In this document: positions 1 through 8,304 of the stretch, in pieces
Layout of the letters: each line of letters begins with the position of its first letter
Position numbering within the stretch: the first letter of the stretch is position 1
NCBI GenBank assembly: GCA_003224085.1
Contig: QHYK01000063.1
Span: forward strand, 2,625-66,624
Direction of reading: 5' to 3'
DNA: 64,000 bases
Source: Acidobacteriota bacterium
GTDB taxonomy: Bacteria > Acidobacteriota > Terriglobia > Acidiferrales > UBA7541
Notes under the pieces: model-generated
Databases searched by the model: none
The model's input: only the letters and a program-made list of their open reading frames with translations
What the model was told of the DNA's origin: nothing
Program-made: the position numbers and the translations under genes

Positions 1-420
1 AATTTCGTTGTAGGGCTCCTGTTCGATGAGCGCCAGAGTCGCCACGACGCGGTATTTCGCGGGGAGCTCAAGAAACGCCCGCCGAAGATGGCCGCGCAAC
101 TCGCCGCGGACCGCGGGATCGCTACCAGTCGCTGCAGGGAAGTCCTCGGAAAGCTCGGTTTCCTTGCGAGTGTGGCGGAGATGGTCCAGGGCCGCGTTGG
201 TAGCGATACGGCGGGCCCAGGCGTGGAAATTTCCGGCGACAGGGTCAAACCTTGTGCGGGCCCGATAAATGCGCCAAAACGTCTCCACGGTCAAATCCTC
301 GGCGATGCCGGAATCGCGAACGATGCGGACGGTCCAGCGGTAGACTTCCTTCTGGTGCCGGCGAAAGAGAGCCTCGAAGGCTTCGAGGTCGCCGGCCGCG
401 AATCGTTCAAGGAGCTCCAT
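1..420 (-). CDS. ECF-type RNA polymerase sigma-70 factor (partial, 3' end beyond window)
   Basis: Manual minus-strand translation from ATG at 420: MELLERFAAGDLEAFEALFRRHQKEVYRWTVRIVRDSGIAEDLTVETFWRIY...FHAWARRIATNAALDHLR...LPAKYRVVATLALIEQEPYNEI. It has region 2 (AEDL..ETF; W..RIATN.ALDHLR) and the start of region 4. It is absent from the ORF track because there is no stop codon in the window. Confidence 0.9.
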   Translation of the reverse strand, partial: MELLERFAAGDLEAFEALFRRHQKEVYRWTVRIVRDSGIAEDLTVETFWRIYRARTRFDPVAGNFHAWARRIATNAALDHLRHTRKETELSEDFPAATGSDPAVRGELRGHLRRAFLELPAKYRVVATLALIEQEPYNEI

Positions 421-942
421 GCACCACTCTCTATATCTAGCTACTCGTTTTCGCGCTGGCTGGTTACAGAATGTTTCTCGGAAAGCATTGGCCAGATCGG
501 GTGAAGCGAGGAAAAGAACGGGTCTCTAGCCGCGCCACAAGAAAACCTGAGGCTCGGCTGATCCATGCGTGGCCGTCCGTGGGACGGAACGCTAAAGGCG
601 AGCGGGAGCTTGGTGGGGCAGTCACGGATTCACGATTATAGATGTCGTACAAAGGGCGCGAGTGCAAACGCGTAACTTACCATAAGCAGTAACCGAACAA
701 AACTAACAAAACCGCACAGTGCCCGATTTACATGCCAAATTCATGCCAAGACACTGGTACCAATACAGAGTTTGTACAGCGCCCAGCGGCGTGGTCCCCC
801 TTACTTTGACGGCCCGCGGGGCCGCGCCGGTCTTGAGGCCGGCGATAACGATCTCTCGCATCACAGTAGTCGTCCGGGCATCGTTTTCAGATTCGAACTG
901 GGTTTTGGCACTGTGGTCAAAGATTGGTGAGTCTAAAAGAAA

Positions 943-1031
943 TGGTGGCCGCGAAAGGAATCGAACCTTCACGGAGCGTAAGCCCCGGCAGATTTTGAGT
1001 CTGCTGCGTCTGCCAGTTCCGCCACGCGCCC
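943..1031 (-). tRNA. tRNA-Leu (anticodon CAA), long variable arm, encoded CCA
   Basis: Reverse complement GGGCGCGTGGCGGAACTGGCAGACGCAGCAGACTCAAAATCTGCCGGGGCTTACGCTCCGTGAAGGTTCGATTCCTTTCGCGGCCACCA. Anticodon stem GCAGA/TCTGC with loop CTCAAAA, TTCGA T-loop, class II variable arm; one G-G mismatch in the acceptor stem. Confidence 0.95.
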
Positions 1032-1398
1032 ATTGCTTTCATATACTTCATGGTCGCGTGGTCAGTCACGGGCGACGGGGGCAAAATCGGAGTGGCATCG
1101 ACATATCTGGGAGGGTGGCTCCATCATGCACGGATGCGGCGAACGGATCATGGACAGCGAGGTTTACACTTCAGACCCGGACGAAAAAGTCTCGACACAA
1201 CGCGACGATCTTTTGTGGGGAGCCTTACCCCAGTGGAAATTTCCCAGAATGGACTTTCTTTTGTTTGGAGCTTCCCTAGTTTCGCTAAATACAACACCTA
1301 CCCCAAAGGACAGTTAACTCGGCCGGAACGCCCCCAATGACATGGGAGTGACAGAAGAGTGAGTCCGGCCAGATCATAGAGTGAAAGGAGCTTAGACA

Positions 1399-2034
1399 AT
1401 GAAAAAAGCCGTTCAACTAGCTTTCTGTGCTTGCTTGCTGGCAATCTCCACGTTCGGGCAGGATGCTGCTGCCCCCAAAACTAACACAACAATTCAATGC
1501 CGCGCTCTTAACGGGTCAGCCACACCCATTCAGGCAGACGAAAAAGTGATCGGGGATCAAATTTGCAGAGCCGTGCCCGTCCAGAAAGCTGCTCAGGCTA
1601 CCGCCCAAACTCAAGCTCCGACAACACCTCAGTCACCGACCGCGAAGCAGGATTCTGCCCCGGTTTCAACCGCTCCCGCATCCGCAGTGGAAGTCTTGCC
1701 TAACTCTGCCTTTATTGCACCGATGAACGGGTTTGAAACCTACCTAGCGGCTGCTTTCGAGAAGAAGAAAGTTCCGCTGACCGTTGTGGCCGACCAAGCG
1801 CGAGCGGCCTACGTGATTACAGGTACATCGGAGGAAAAGAAGCCAGGGGCGATGAAGATGCTTGTTTTTGGTCAAATTCACGCGGATAACGCCGCGAGCA
1901 TACAGATGGTTGACCAGAAAACCGGAGCTGTGATCTTTGCCTATGCCGTGAACAAGAAGAATACTTTGCACGGAGACCAGACTACGGCTGAGGCGTGTGC
2001 GAAGCACCTGAAAGAGAAGCTGGAGAAAAAGTAG
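1399..2034 (+). CDS. Secreted hypothetical protein (signal peptide, Pro/Ala/Gln/Thr linker, C-terminal alpha/beta domain)
   Basis: 211 aa ORF; strong SD GAAAGGAG; N-terminal MKKAVQLAFCACLLAISTFG signal peptide. Confidence 0.8.
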   Translation: MKKAVQLAFCACLLAISTFGQDAAAPKTNTTIQCRALNGSATPIQADEKVIGDQICRAVPVQKAAQATAQTQAPTTPQSPTAKQDSAPVSTAPASAVEVLPNSAFIAPMNGFETYLAAAFEKKKVPLTVVADQARAAYVITGTSEEKKPGAMKMLVFGQIHADNAASIQMVDQKTGAVIFAYAVNKKNTLHGDQTTAEACAKHLKEKLEKK

Positions 2035-2613
2035 GGCAACCCCCATTGCACCCAAAGTTGCATCCTTGGGAAACGTCGAGTAAAACGCGTGGGTGCAAGT
2101 TCCGTGCATAATCGGGGGCAACCAGGGTAGAAAACGGGTTGCGGGGCCCTCAGTTGCATGCTGTCGGTCTCGACACAGAGTATGTGTCCCCACGCGCTCA
2201 ACCGTTGTCCGTTTCTAAGGCTGCGGGCTGATAAAAACAATATGCAGTACGATATGACAAATGCGGCAAAATCAAATTAAGGTGTCCAGAGTGCGGCGAA
2301 GCGAATGAGCCCTTCGGCTTCCTTCTGGACAGAGTGATGTGTGCGCCTGAGACCGGCATGCCAACTGTTCAAGCCGAAGCTATTTCGCCGCGTGACCCAT
2401 GTCCTAATCCGGACGCCCGGGCTGAATGGCAGGGACGGATTTTTCTGCGTAGATAACGGCCTCCACGCTTTCACCAGTTAAGACGCGACCAGTCCGTGGA
2501 CTATGACTCGGAGTCCCTATGCGAGTGGCTCGTCTCATCCTTTTTCTTGTCTTCATTCCTTCCTACGCACCCCAGATAAGTGCGCAGCAAATCCCCCACC
2601 CTCCCGCAGCGCG

Positions 2614-2820
2614 CTAGACACCAACGATAGTCTTTCTGACTCCTTGACCTGGAGCGCCCATTGGCGCAGCGCCGTTGCTGGCGAGGCATTTTGGGCATAA
2701 CGGCTGGTCAGGATGCGCCTTCGCGTACGAAAATGGAGTGCGGAATTCGTACTCGCCACGCTTGAAACGCGGCTTCTCTCGAAGCTCGCGGTTCTCATCT
2801 TCAAGTTCGTGTCGTGAATG
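2614..2820 (-). pseudogene. Probable 5'-truncated remnant of a coiled-coil + CxxC small protein
   Basis: HELEDENRELREKPRFKRGEYEFRTPFSY...PLCPKCLA reads as a natural coiled-coil/Zn-knuckle segment, but the only start codon lies inside the higA terminator and has no SD. Confidence 0.35.
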
Positions 2821-2845
2821 ATTGCTGTAGTCCCGCAGCCTATCC

Positions 2846-2887
2846 AAAAACAAAAAAGCCCCCACCAACAAAAGCGGATGGGGGCTT
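2846..2887 (-). terminator. Rho-independent terminator downstream of higA
   Basis: Stem AAGCCCCCA (2856-2864) / TGGGGGCTT (2879-2887), followed on the minus strand by a T-rich tract. Confidence 0.85.
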
Positions 2888-2900
2888 CTCTTTGAAGAGC

Positions 2901-3200
2901 CTATGCGTGGACTTCAAGAGGACGAACCTGATTCTTGACCTTAGCTTCCTTTTGATTCCGCACGACTCGCAAATCAAACTCTGATTGAAGATTGAGCCAA
3001 AAATCGGGAGTCGTTCCGAACACATATCCAAGCCGAAGAGCCATCTCAGGCGAGATACCGCGCACCTCCTTGACGATATCGTAGATGCTTGGAGCAGGAA
3101 CGTGCAGAGCCAATGCCAGTTTATTAGCGTTCAGGTGAAGCGGCACCATAAACTCTTCTCGAAGAATCTCGCCCGGATGAATTGGTTTCAGTCGAGCCAT
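2901..3200 (-). CDS. higA: HigA family antitoxin (HTH XRE)
   Basis: MARLKPIHPGEILREEF...RGISPEMALRLGYVFGTTPDFWLNLQSEFDL with HPGEIL and FWLNLQ signatures; SD GAGGGAGG before ATG 3200; 99 aa. Confidence 0.95.
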   Translation of the reverse strand: MARLKPIHPGEILREEFMVPLHLNANKLALALHVPAPSIYDIVKEVRGISPEMALRLGYVFGTTPDFWLNLQSEFDLRVVRNQKEAKVKNQVRPLEVHA

Positions 3201-3210
3201 GTTTCCTCCC

Positions 3211-3489
3211 TCAATGATAATCCGTAATCTCCACGTCGTAGGCGTCTCCGTCGCGCCACACAAAACAGATACGCCACTGGTCGTTGATGCTTATACTGTG
3301 CTGCCCCGTACGGTCACGTTCCAGTTGATGAACTCTGTTACCCGGAGGCACTTTCAAATCCATCAAGCGTTTGGCCGCATGCAGCATCAACAGCTTTCGT
3401 CGCGCTGGCTGTCGAATGTTCACGAACTTACCAACATTCTCATCGTGGAAAAGCCTCTCCGTGTCGGCGCACTTGAAGGACTTTATCAC
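3211..3489 (-). CDS. higB: HigB family toxin (RelE/ParE superfamily mRNA interferase)
   Basis: MIKSFKCADTERLF...DLKVPPGNR...GQHSISINDQWRICFVWRDGDAYDVEITDYH; toxin-first order upstream of higA. Confidence 0.95.
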   Translation of the reverse strand: MIKSFKCADTERLFHDENVGKFVNIRQPARRKLLMLHAAKRLMDLKVPPGNRVHQLERDRTGQHSISINDQWRICFVWRDGDAYDVEITDYH

Positions 3490-3495
3490 ATCCAG

Positions 3496-3524
3496 AGGAT
3501 ATAATGCGTCGCATTAAATGTCAA
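3496..3524 (-). promoter_or_regulatory. sigma70 promoter of higBA with palindromic operator in the spacer
   Basis: Minus strand TTGACA (3524-3519) - 17 nt - TATCCT (3501-3496); inverted repeat TAATGCG-t-CGCATTA at 3502-3516. Confidence 0.8.
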
Positions 3525-3560
3525 GGATTATCTCATTTCATTGAGATTCAGAAACACTAT

Positions 3561-6500
3561 TTAGTAGATGTCGTATTGCTCCCAGTGGAGGGTAGCATCG
3601 GACTGGATGATGACGTGTTTGTGCGAGTTTTGCTCGAGTTCGTCGATGAGCATGGACTCGCGTGTCTTGAGCGCTTTGGCAATTTCCGGATGCACGCGAA
3701 GCGTAATGCTGGGGCTCTCGGGATCGGCGGCGGCCATCTTGCGCGCCTCGGCCTGGATTTCGTAGCACAGCGTAGGCGTGGATTTCACCATGCCGGAGCC
3801 GGTGCAGTACGGGCAAGGCTGGCAGAGCACGCGTTCGAGCGCCTGCTTGGTGCGCTTGCGGGTGATGCAAACGAGACCGAATTCGTTGAAGGAAAGTGCT
3901 TTCGAAGGCGCCTTGTCCTGCTCCAGGGCCTGCTGCAAGGCCTGCAGGACTTTTTCGCGGTTGCGGCGCTCTTCCATGTCGATGAAGTCCACGACGATGA
4001 TGCCGCCGAGATCGCGGAGGCGAATCTGACGGACGATTTCCTTGACGGCTTCGAGGTTGGTCTTGACGATGGTGTCCTCAAGGCGCGTGGAGCCCTTGCC
4101 AACGAACTTGCCCGTGTTGACGTCAATGGCCACGAGCGCCTCGGTGTGGTTGATGACGATATAGCCGCCGGACTTGAGCCACACTTTGGCGCGCAGAGCC
4201 TTGTCGAGTTCGTGCTGGATGCCGAACTCTTCGAAGATGGGCGTTTCCTTAGTGTAGAGCTTGACCTTGCTGACGAGCTTGGGCTGGAAACGGTTCACGA
4301 AATCGATGACTTTGCCGTATTCCTCTTCGCTGTCGATCCACATGGCCGTGAAGTCGTCGCTGACGTAATCGCGCAGCATGCGTTCGACGAGGTCGAGGTC
4401 GCGGTGGAGCAGGGCCGGAGCTTTGCGCTCCTCGCTGCGCTGCTTGATTTCCATCCAGGTTTTGCCGAGGAAGTCGATGTCCGCGCGAATTTCGTCGTCC
4501 GTAGCGTTTCCGGCGGCGGTTCGAACGATGAAGCCGCCAGGGTAATTGGCGCTGGCTTCGCTCACAAGGCGGCGGAGGCGCGCCCGATTTTCCGCGGAAA
4601 GAATTTTGCGCGACACGCCGGTGTGATGAACCGTGGGCATGTAAACCAGGAAGCGGCCGGGCAGAGCGACGTGACTGGTAATGCGAGCGCCCTTTTTGCC
4701 GAGCGGCTCCTTGGCGATCTGGATGACGATTTCCTCGCCGGGCTTCAGCATTTCGGAAATAAGTTGCGTGCGGCGCGGGGCGGAATGGCCGCGGTCATGA
4801 CGGCCGCCTGGCCCCCGGCGTTCGAATCGCTGGCGGCCGTGATCGCCGCCATGGCGGTCAGGACGCCCACCACGATCGCGGCGGAAAGGCCGCTGGAAGC
4901 GAGAACGGGGGTTGCCGCCGATGCGCGCGGAGTCGCGCGGGTAATCTTCGCGAGACCCCGACGGACCACGGCTGGTGTGGGGAGCGCGCGTCTCACCGGG
5001 AAGAAGCAATTCGGGTTCCTCGGAAACGGCAGCTTTGGCGATGATATCACCGGACGAGGCGGCCATCACTTCGGTTTCGGAGTGACCGCTTTCGACTTCG
5101 AGGGACTCTTCGGAAGAGGGCACTTCGGGGGAATGCTCTTCCTTTTCCGACTCAGTGTGATCGAGCTCGGCCGTTTGTTCTTCTTCATGGAGTCCAATGT
5201 GCTCGCCCAGGGAAACGAGGTGTTCGGCGCTTTCATGAGCGACATCCGCGGCGAATTCGGCGCGATCGGCGGCGCGGTGGGCTTCAACCTCGGCGACATC
5301 TTCGGGACTGAGACCGGAAGAACTTTCCGCCTGAATTTCTTCCGCGGTCTCGACCTCTTCTTCCGCATCTTCTTCGAAAACGGCGCCGCCAACGACGGCG
5401 TCGGCTTCAGCCTCTGCCGTGGCTTCTTCGTGCTTTGCTTCGACCAGGTCCGCAGACAAGGCGGCGACTTGATCGTCGTTCAGATCCACATCATTGCGCG
5501 CCGGCTCGCACTCCTGTGCTGTTGGCGGGTTGGAGGATTCCGTTTCGGTCGGGGTTGCTTCGGCAGCGGGTTCGGCTCCCGCTTCGGCCAGGAGCCAGCT
5601 TGGCAACCCGCCGGAAAAGCGGCGAGGCACCCCAGGTGAGCCGGAGGCCGCGGCGGGAAGAGTGTTTGCGGGGCGCGGGGCTTCTTCGCTAACGGCCGAC
5701 TCGCTGCGGAATTCCTGGTCGACCGAAGGCACGGCTGCCGGAGCTACAGCCCTGTCGCGGTATTTAGCGAGCGATTCGCCGGGAAGAAGAATGGTTTCCT
5801 CGGAGACATCTGCGGACGACGAGCCGGAACTGTGCGGACCTTCCTGGCGGCGATGGTCATAGTTGCGCTGCTGGTCGCCCCGATTTTCGTAGCCGCGGAA
5901 TTCGCCGCCCTGCGGCGAAGCATACTTAGAAGGAGGAAGATTTCGTCCACCCGGGCCGCCCTGCTGGCGCCCGCCGCGATGGCGGCCACCACGGCGTCCC
6001 CAGCGCCCTCGGCCACGATCGCCGCCGCGGCCATAGTTCTGGCCTTGGCGATCGTTGCGATCGTTCCCGGAGCGACGATAGTTCTGCGTGGGGTTGAAGC
6101 GCGGCGAGAAGCTCTGAGGCGCCGAAGCGTTAGACTCCGGCTGGCGCTCTTCACCGGATTCTATGGGCCCGGATTCTACGTGCGACGTGTCCGCCGCCGA
6201 AGCTTGCTTGCTTCTGGGCCCCACGGATTGCGAAGCTTTCGCGCTGGCGAGAGTAGGCGCTTCCTCCGGCGAAACAGCTTGCTGCTCGGCGGCAGGCTGT
6301 GAATGAGATTCCTCCGCGTGCGGTTCTTCGTGCCGTTCGGCAGCGCGAGCCAGGGACTCGCCCGGAAGCAACTCGACGCTCGAGCCATTGCCCGCGGGAA
6401 TCGCGGCCACGGGGGCATGATGATCATGCGGCTCGTAGTCCTCGAGGTTTTCGAAAACGTCGCTAACATAGAGAAACGCATCGCCATCCAGGCCGATGTC

Positions 6501-6674
6501 CACGAAAGCGGACTGCATGCCGGGGAGGACGCGTGTGACTTTTCCTTTGTAGATGCTGCCGACCAGAGCGAATTCTTTTTCCCGCTCGATGTAAATTTCG
6601 ACTAGCTGACCTTCTTCCAAAATCGCGACCCGCCGTTCGTGGGAGGACGCGGAGATAACCAATTCTTTTGACAT
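3561..6674 (-). CDS. rne: Rne/Rng family ribonuclease with a very large disordered insertion in the S1 domain
   Basis: GSIYKGKVTRVLPGMQSAFVDIG, KEPLGKKGARIT, DVNTGKF, GGIIVVDFIDM, Zn-link CPYCTG; 1037 aa; SD AAGGAG. Confidence 0.95.
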   Translation of the reverse strand: MSKELVISASSHERRVAILEEGQLVEIYIEREKEFALVGSIYKGKVTRVLPGMQSAFVDIGLDGDAFLYVSDVFENLEDYEPHDHHAPVAAIPAGNGSSVELLPGESLARAAERHEEPHAEESHSQPAAEQQAVSPEEAPTLASAKASQSVGPRSKQASAADTSHVESGPIESGEERQPESNASAPQSFSPRFNPTQNYRRSGNDRNDRQGQNYGRGGDRGRGRWGRRGGRHRGGRQQGGPGGRNLPPSKYASPQGGEFRGYENRGDQQRNYDHRRQEGPHSSGSSSADVSEETILLPGESLAKYRDRAVAPAAVPSVDQEFRSESAVSEEAPRPANTLPAAASGSPGVPRRFSGGLPSWLLAEAGAEPAAEATPTETESSNPPTAQECEPARNDVDLNDDQVAALSADLVEAKHEEATAEAEADAVVGGAVFEEDAEEEVETAEEIQAESSSGLSPEDVAEVEAHRAADRAEFAADVAHESAEHLVSLGEHIGLHEEEQTAELDHTESEKEEHSPEVPSSEESLEVESGHSETEVMAASSGDIIAKAAVSEEPELLLPGETRAPHTSRGPSGSREDYPRDSARIGGNPRSRFQRPFRRDRGGRPDRHGGDHGRQRFERRGPGGRHDRGHSAPRRTQLISEMLKPGEEIVIQIAKEPLGKKGARITSHVALPGRFLVYMPTVHHTGVSRKILSAENRARLRRLVSEASANYPGGFIVRTAAGNATDDEIRADIDFLGKTWMEIKQRSEERKAPALLHRDLDLVERMLRDYVSDDFTAMWIDSEEEYGKVIDFVNRFQPKLVSKVKLYTKETPIFEEFGIQHELDKALRAKVWLKSGGYIVINHTEALVAIDVNTGKFVGKGSTRLEDTIVKTNLEAVKEIVRQIRLRDLGGIIVVDFIDMEERRNREKVLQALQQALEQDKAPSKALSFNEFGLVCITRKRTKQALERVLCQPCPYCTGSGMVKSTPTLCYEIQAEARKMAAADPESPSITLRVHPEIAKALKTRESMLIDELEQNSHKHVIIQSDATLHWEQYDIY

Positions 6675-7076
6675 GAAAACTCCTTAAAAGTGACGCCGGC
6701 ATGATCGGAGTCCACCGCAGGACGACGCATCGCCGCAAGCTTCTGCCCGTCGCGGGCCCAGAGATGAAAAGCCGTTCCCGGCGCTACCGGGACAGGTGCT
6801 GGGCACACGAATAGGGAGATGGCTCGGTGTTCGAAGCCAGAGGGAAAAGATGTCCTCACTCTGTCGAGGTTTATCCGTTGCCAATAACTGGCTGGGCGAA
6901 CGGCGGACGATGCTGTCCTCACTCTAGAAATCCTTTTTACGCCTGACCCCGGCCTCCGGGGCCAACCATTCCAATTACTTCTAACTTCCTAACTTCCGAT
7001 GACTTGTCTACTTCCAATTTGCTACTTCCGGCGCATTCCGACGGGGTCGGGAATGCCACACGGAACTGGCGTCCGG

Positions 7077-8189
7077 TCAGTTAACGAAGCGGCGAAGCCG
7101 CACATTCATCACCAGACCAATCGCCAGGAAAACAAACAGCGTGGCGGAGCCTCCGTAGCTCATCAAGGGCAACGGAATGCCGGTGACGGGCATGGCGCCA
7201 ATCACCATCGCCACGTTGACTAACACATGGAAACCGAGCGCTGCTGCTACGCCCATGACAAGAAACATTCCCGCGCGATCTTTCGCGCGTTGAGCATTCT
7301 GCACTAAACGGAGCAGAAGCGCCATATACAACCCCAGAGCCAGAAGCACGCCCTTGAAACCCTGTTCTTCCGCCCAGGCCGACATAATGAAGTCCGAGTA
7401 GCGGACCGGGATGTAGCCCAGTTGATTCTGCGTGCCATTGCCGAATCCTTTGCCCCAGAAACCGCCGGAGCCCACGGCAATCTTGGACTGCAAAAGCTGA
7501 TAGCCGGAACCCTTGGCATCTTCTTCCGGGTGCAGGAAAGACGTGATTCTCTCCCGCTGATACGGCTTGAGGATGCGCCTGCTTACGGGAGGGTAAAAGA
7601 CCGCCCCGACCAGGAAAATTCCCGCTAAGGAAAAGACCGCTGCGTGTTGCCACTTCAAGCCCGCCAAAAACGCGCCAACTGCCACCATGGGCATCAGCAC
7701 GAGGGCCGTGCCTAGATCCGGCTGTTTCAGGATCAAGACCAGCGGAACTCCTACTATTAATCCTGCCTTGATAAGGTCCCGAAGATCAAGCTCATCCGTG
7801 CGCACTTCCGCAAAGAAGCGCGCCAACACAATGATTATAACCAATTTGACCAATTCTGACACCTGGATGAGTTCGCCGATGGCCGGGAGCTGGATCCAGC
7901 GCTTGGCGCCGAAATGGGTGTGTCCGATGAGGAGCACGGCCAAGAGAGCTGCGAGGCTCAGCAGATACAGAATGAGAGCCTGTTCCAGAATCAGGTGATA
8001 GTCCACGCGCGAGAGGGCGAACATCAAAACCAGGCCGACGGCCAGCCAGCGCACTTGCTTCCAATGCATGCCTGCGAGCGAGCTGCCGTGGGTGGCAGAA
8101 TAAATCTCAATCACGCCAAGGGCGCAGATGGTGGCGAGGATGGCGAGCAGCCACCAGTCGTAGTCGCGCGTGCCGGGCGCGTCTTTCAT
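7077..8189 (-). CDS. rodA: Rod shape-determining protein RodA (SEDS)
   Basis: GAKRWI, QVSELVK, KQPDLGTA, GYQLLQSKIAVGSGG, DFIMSAWAEEQGF, GIPLPLMSYGGS; downstream of PBP2. Confidence 0.95.
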   Translation of the reverse strand: MKDAPGTRDYDWWLLAILATICALGVIEIYSATHGSSLAGMHWKQVRWLAVGLVLMFALSRVDYHLILEQALILYLLSLAALLAVLLIGHTHFGAKRWIQLPAIGELIQVSELVKLVIIIVLARFFAEVRTDELDLRDLIKAGLIVGVPLVLILKQPDLGTALVLMPMVAVGAFLAGLKWQHAAVFSLAGIFLVGAVFYPPVSRRILKPYQRERITSFLHPEEDAKGSGYQLLQSKIAVGSGGFWGKGFGNGTQNQLGYIPVRYSDFIMSAWAEEQGFKGVLLALGLYMALLLRLVQNAQRAKDRAGMFLVMGVAAALGFHVLVNVAMVIGAMPVTGIPLPLMSYGGSATLFVFLAIGLVMNVRLRRFVN

Positions 8190-8304
8190 GAAAAAAGTCC
8201 ACCGTTGACAGCTGACAGTCGACAGTCAGAAGAAAAGATCGATAAGGGAGCAGCCCATTGAGGCGTGGTTTGGCGAATTGTGCGTCGGCGGGTCATGAAT
8301 TAGC

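Noticed and set aside
88-504. 138-aa plus-strand ORF
   Set aside because: Antisense shadow of the ECF sigma factor gene
2901-3489. higBA as evidence of a plasmid
   Set aside because: The context is clearly chromosomal (rne, rodA, mreB, tRNA)
3504-5639. 711-aa plus-strand ORF (similarly 45395-47053, 59654-61048, 20317-20991, 47037-48257)
   Set aside because: Antisense to well-supported genes; long shadow ORFs are expected at high GC and these have no motifs
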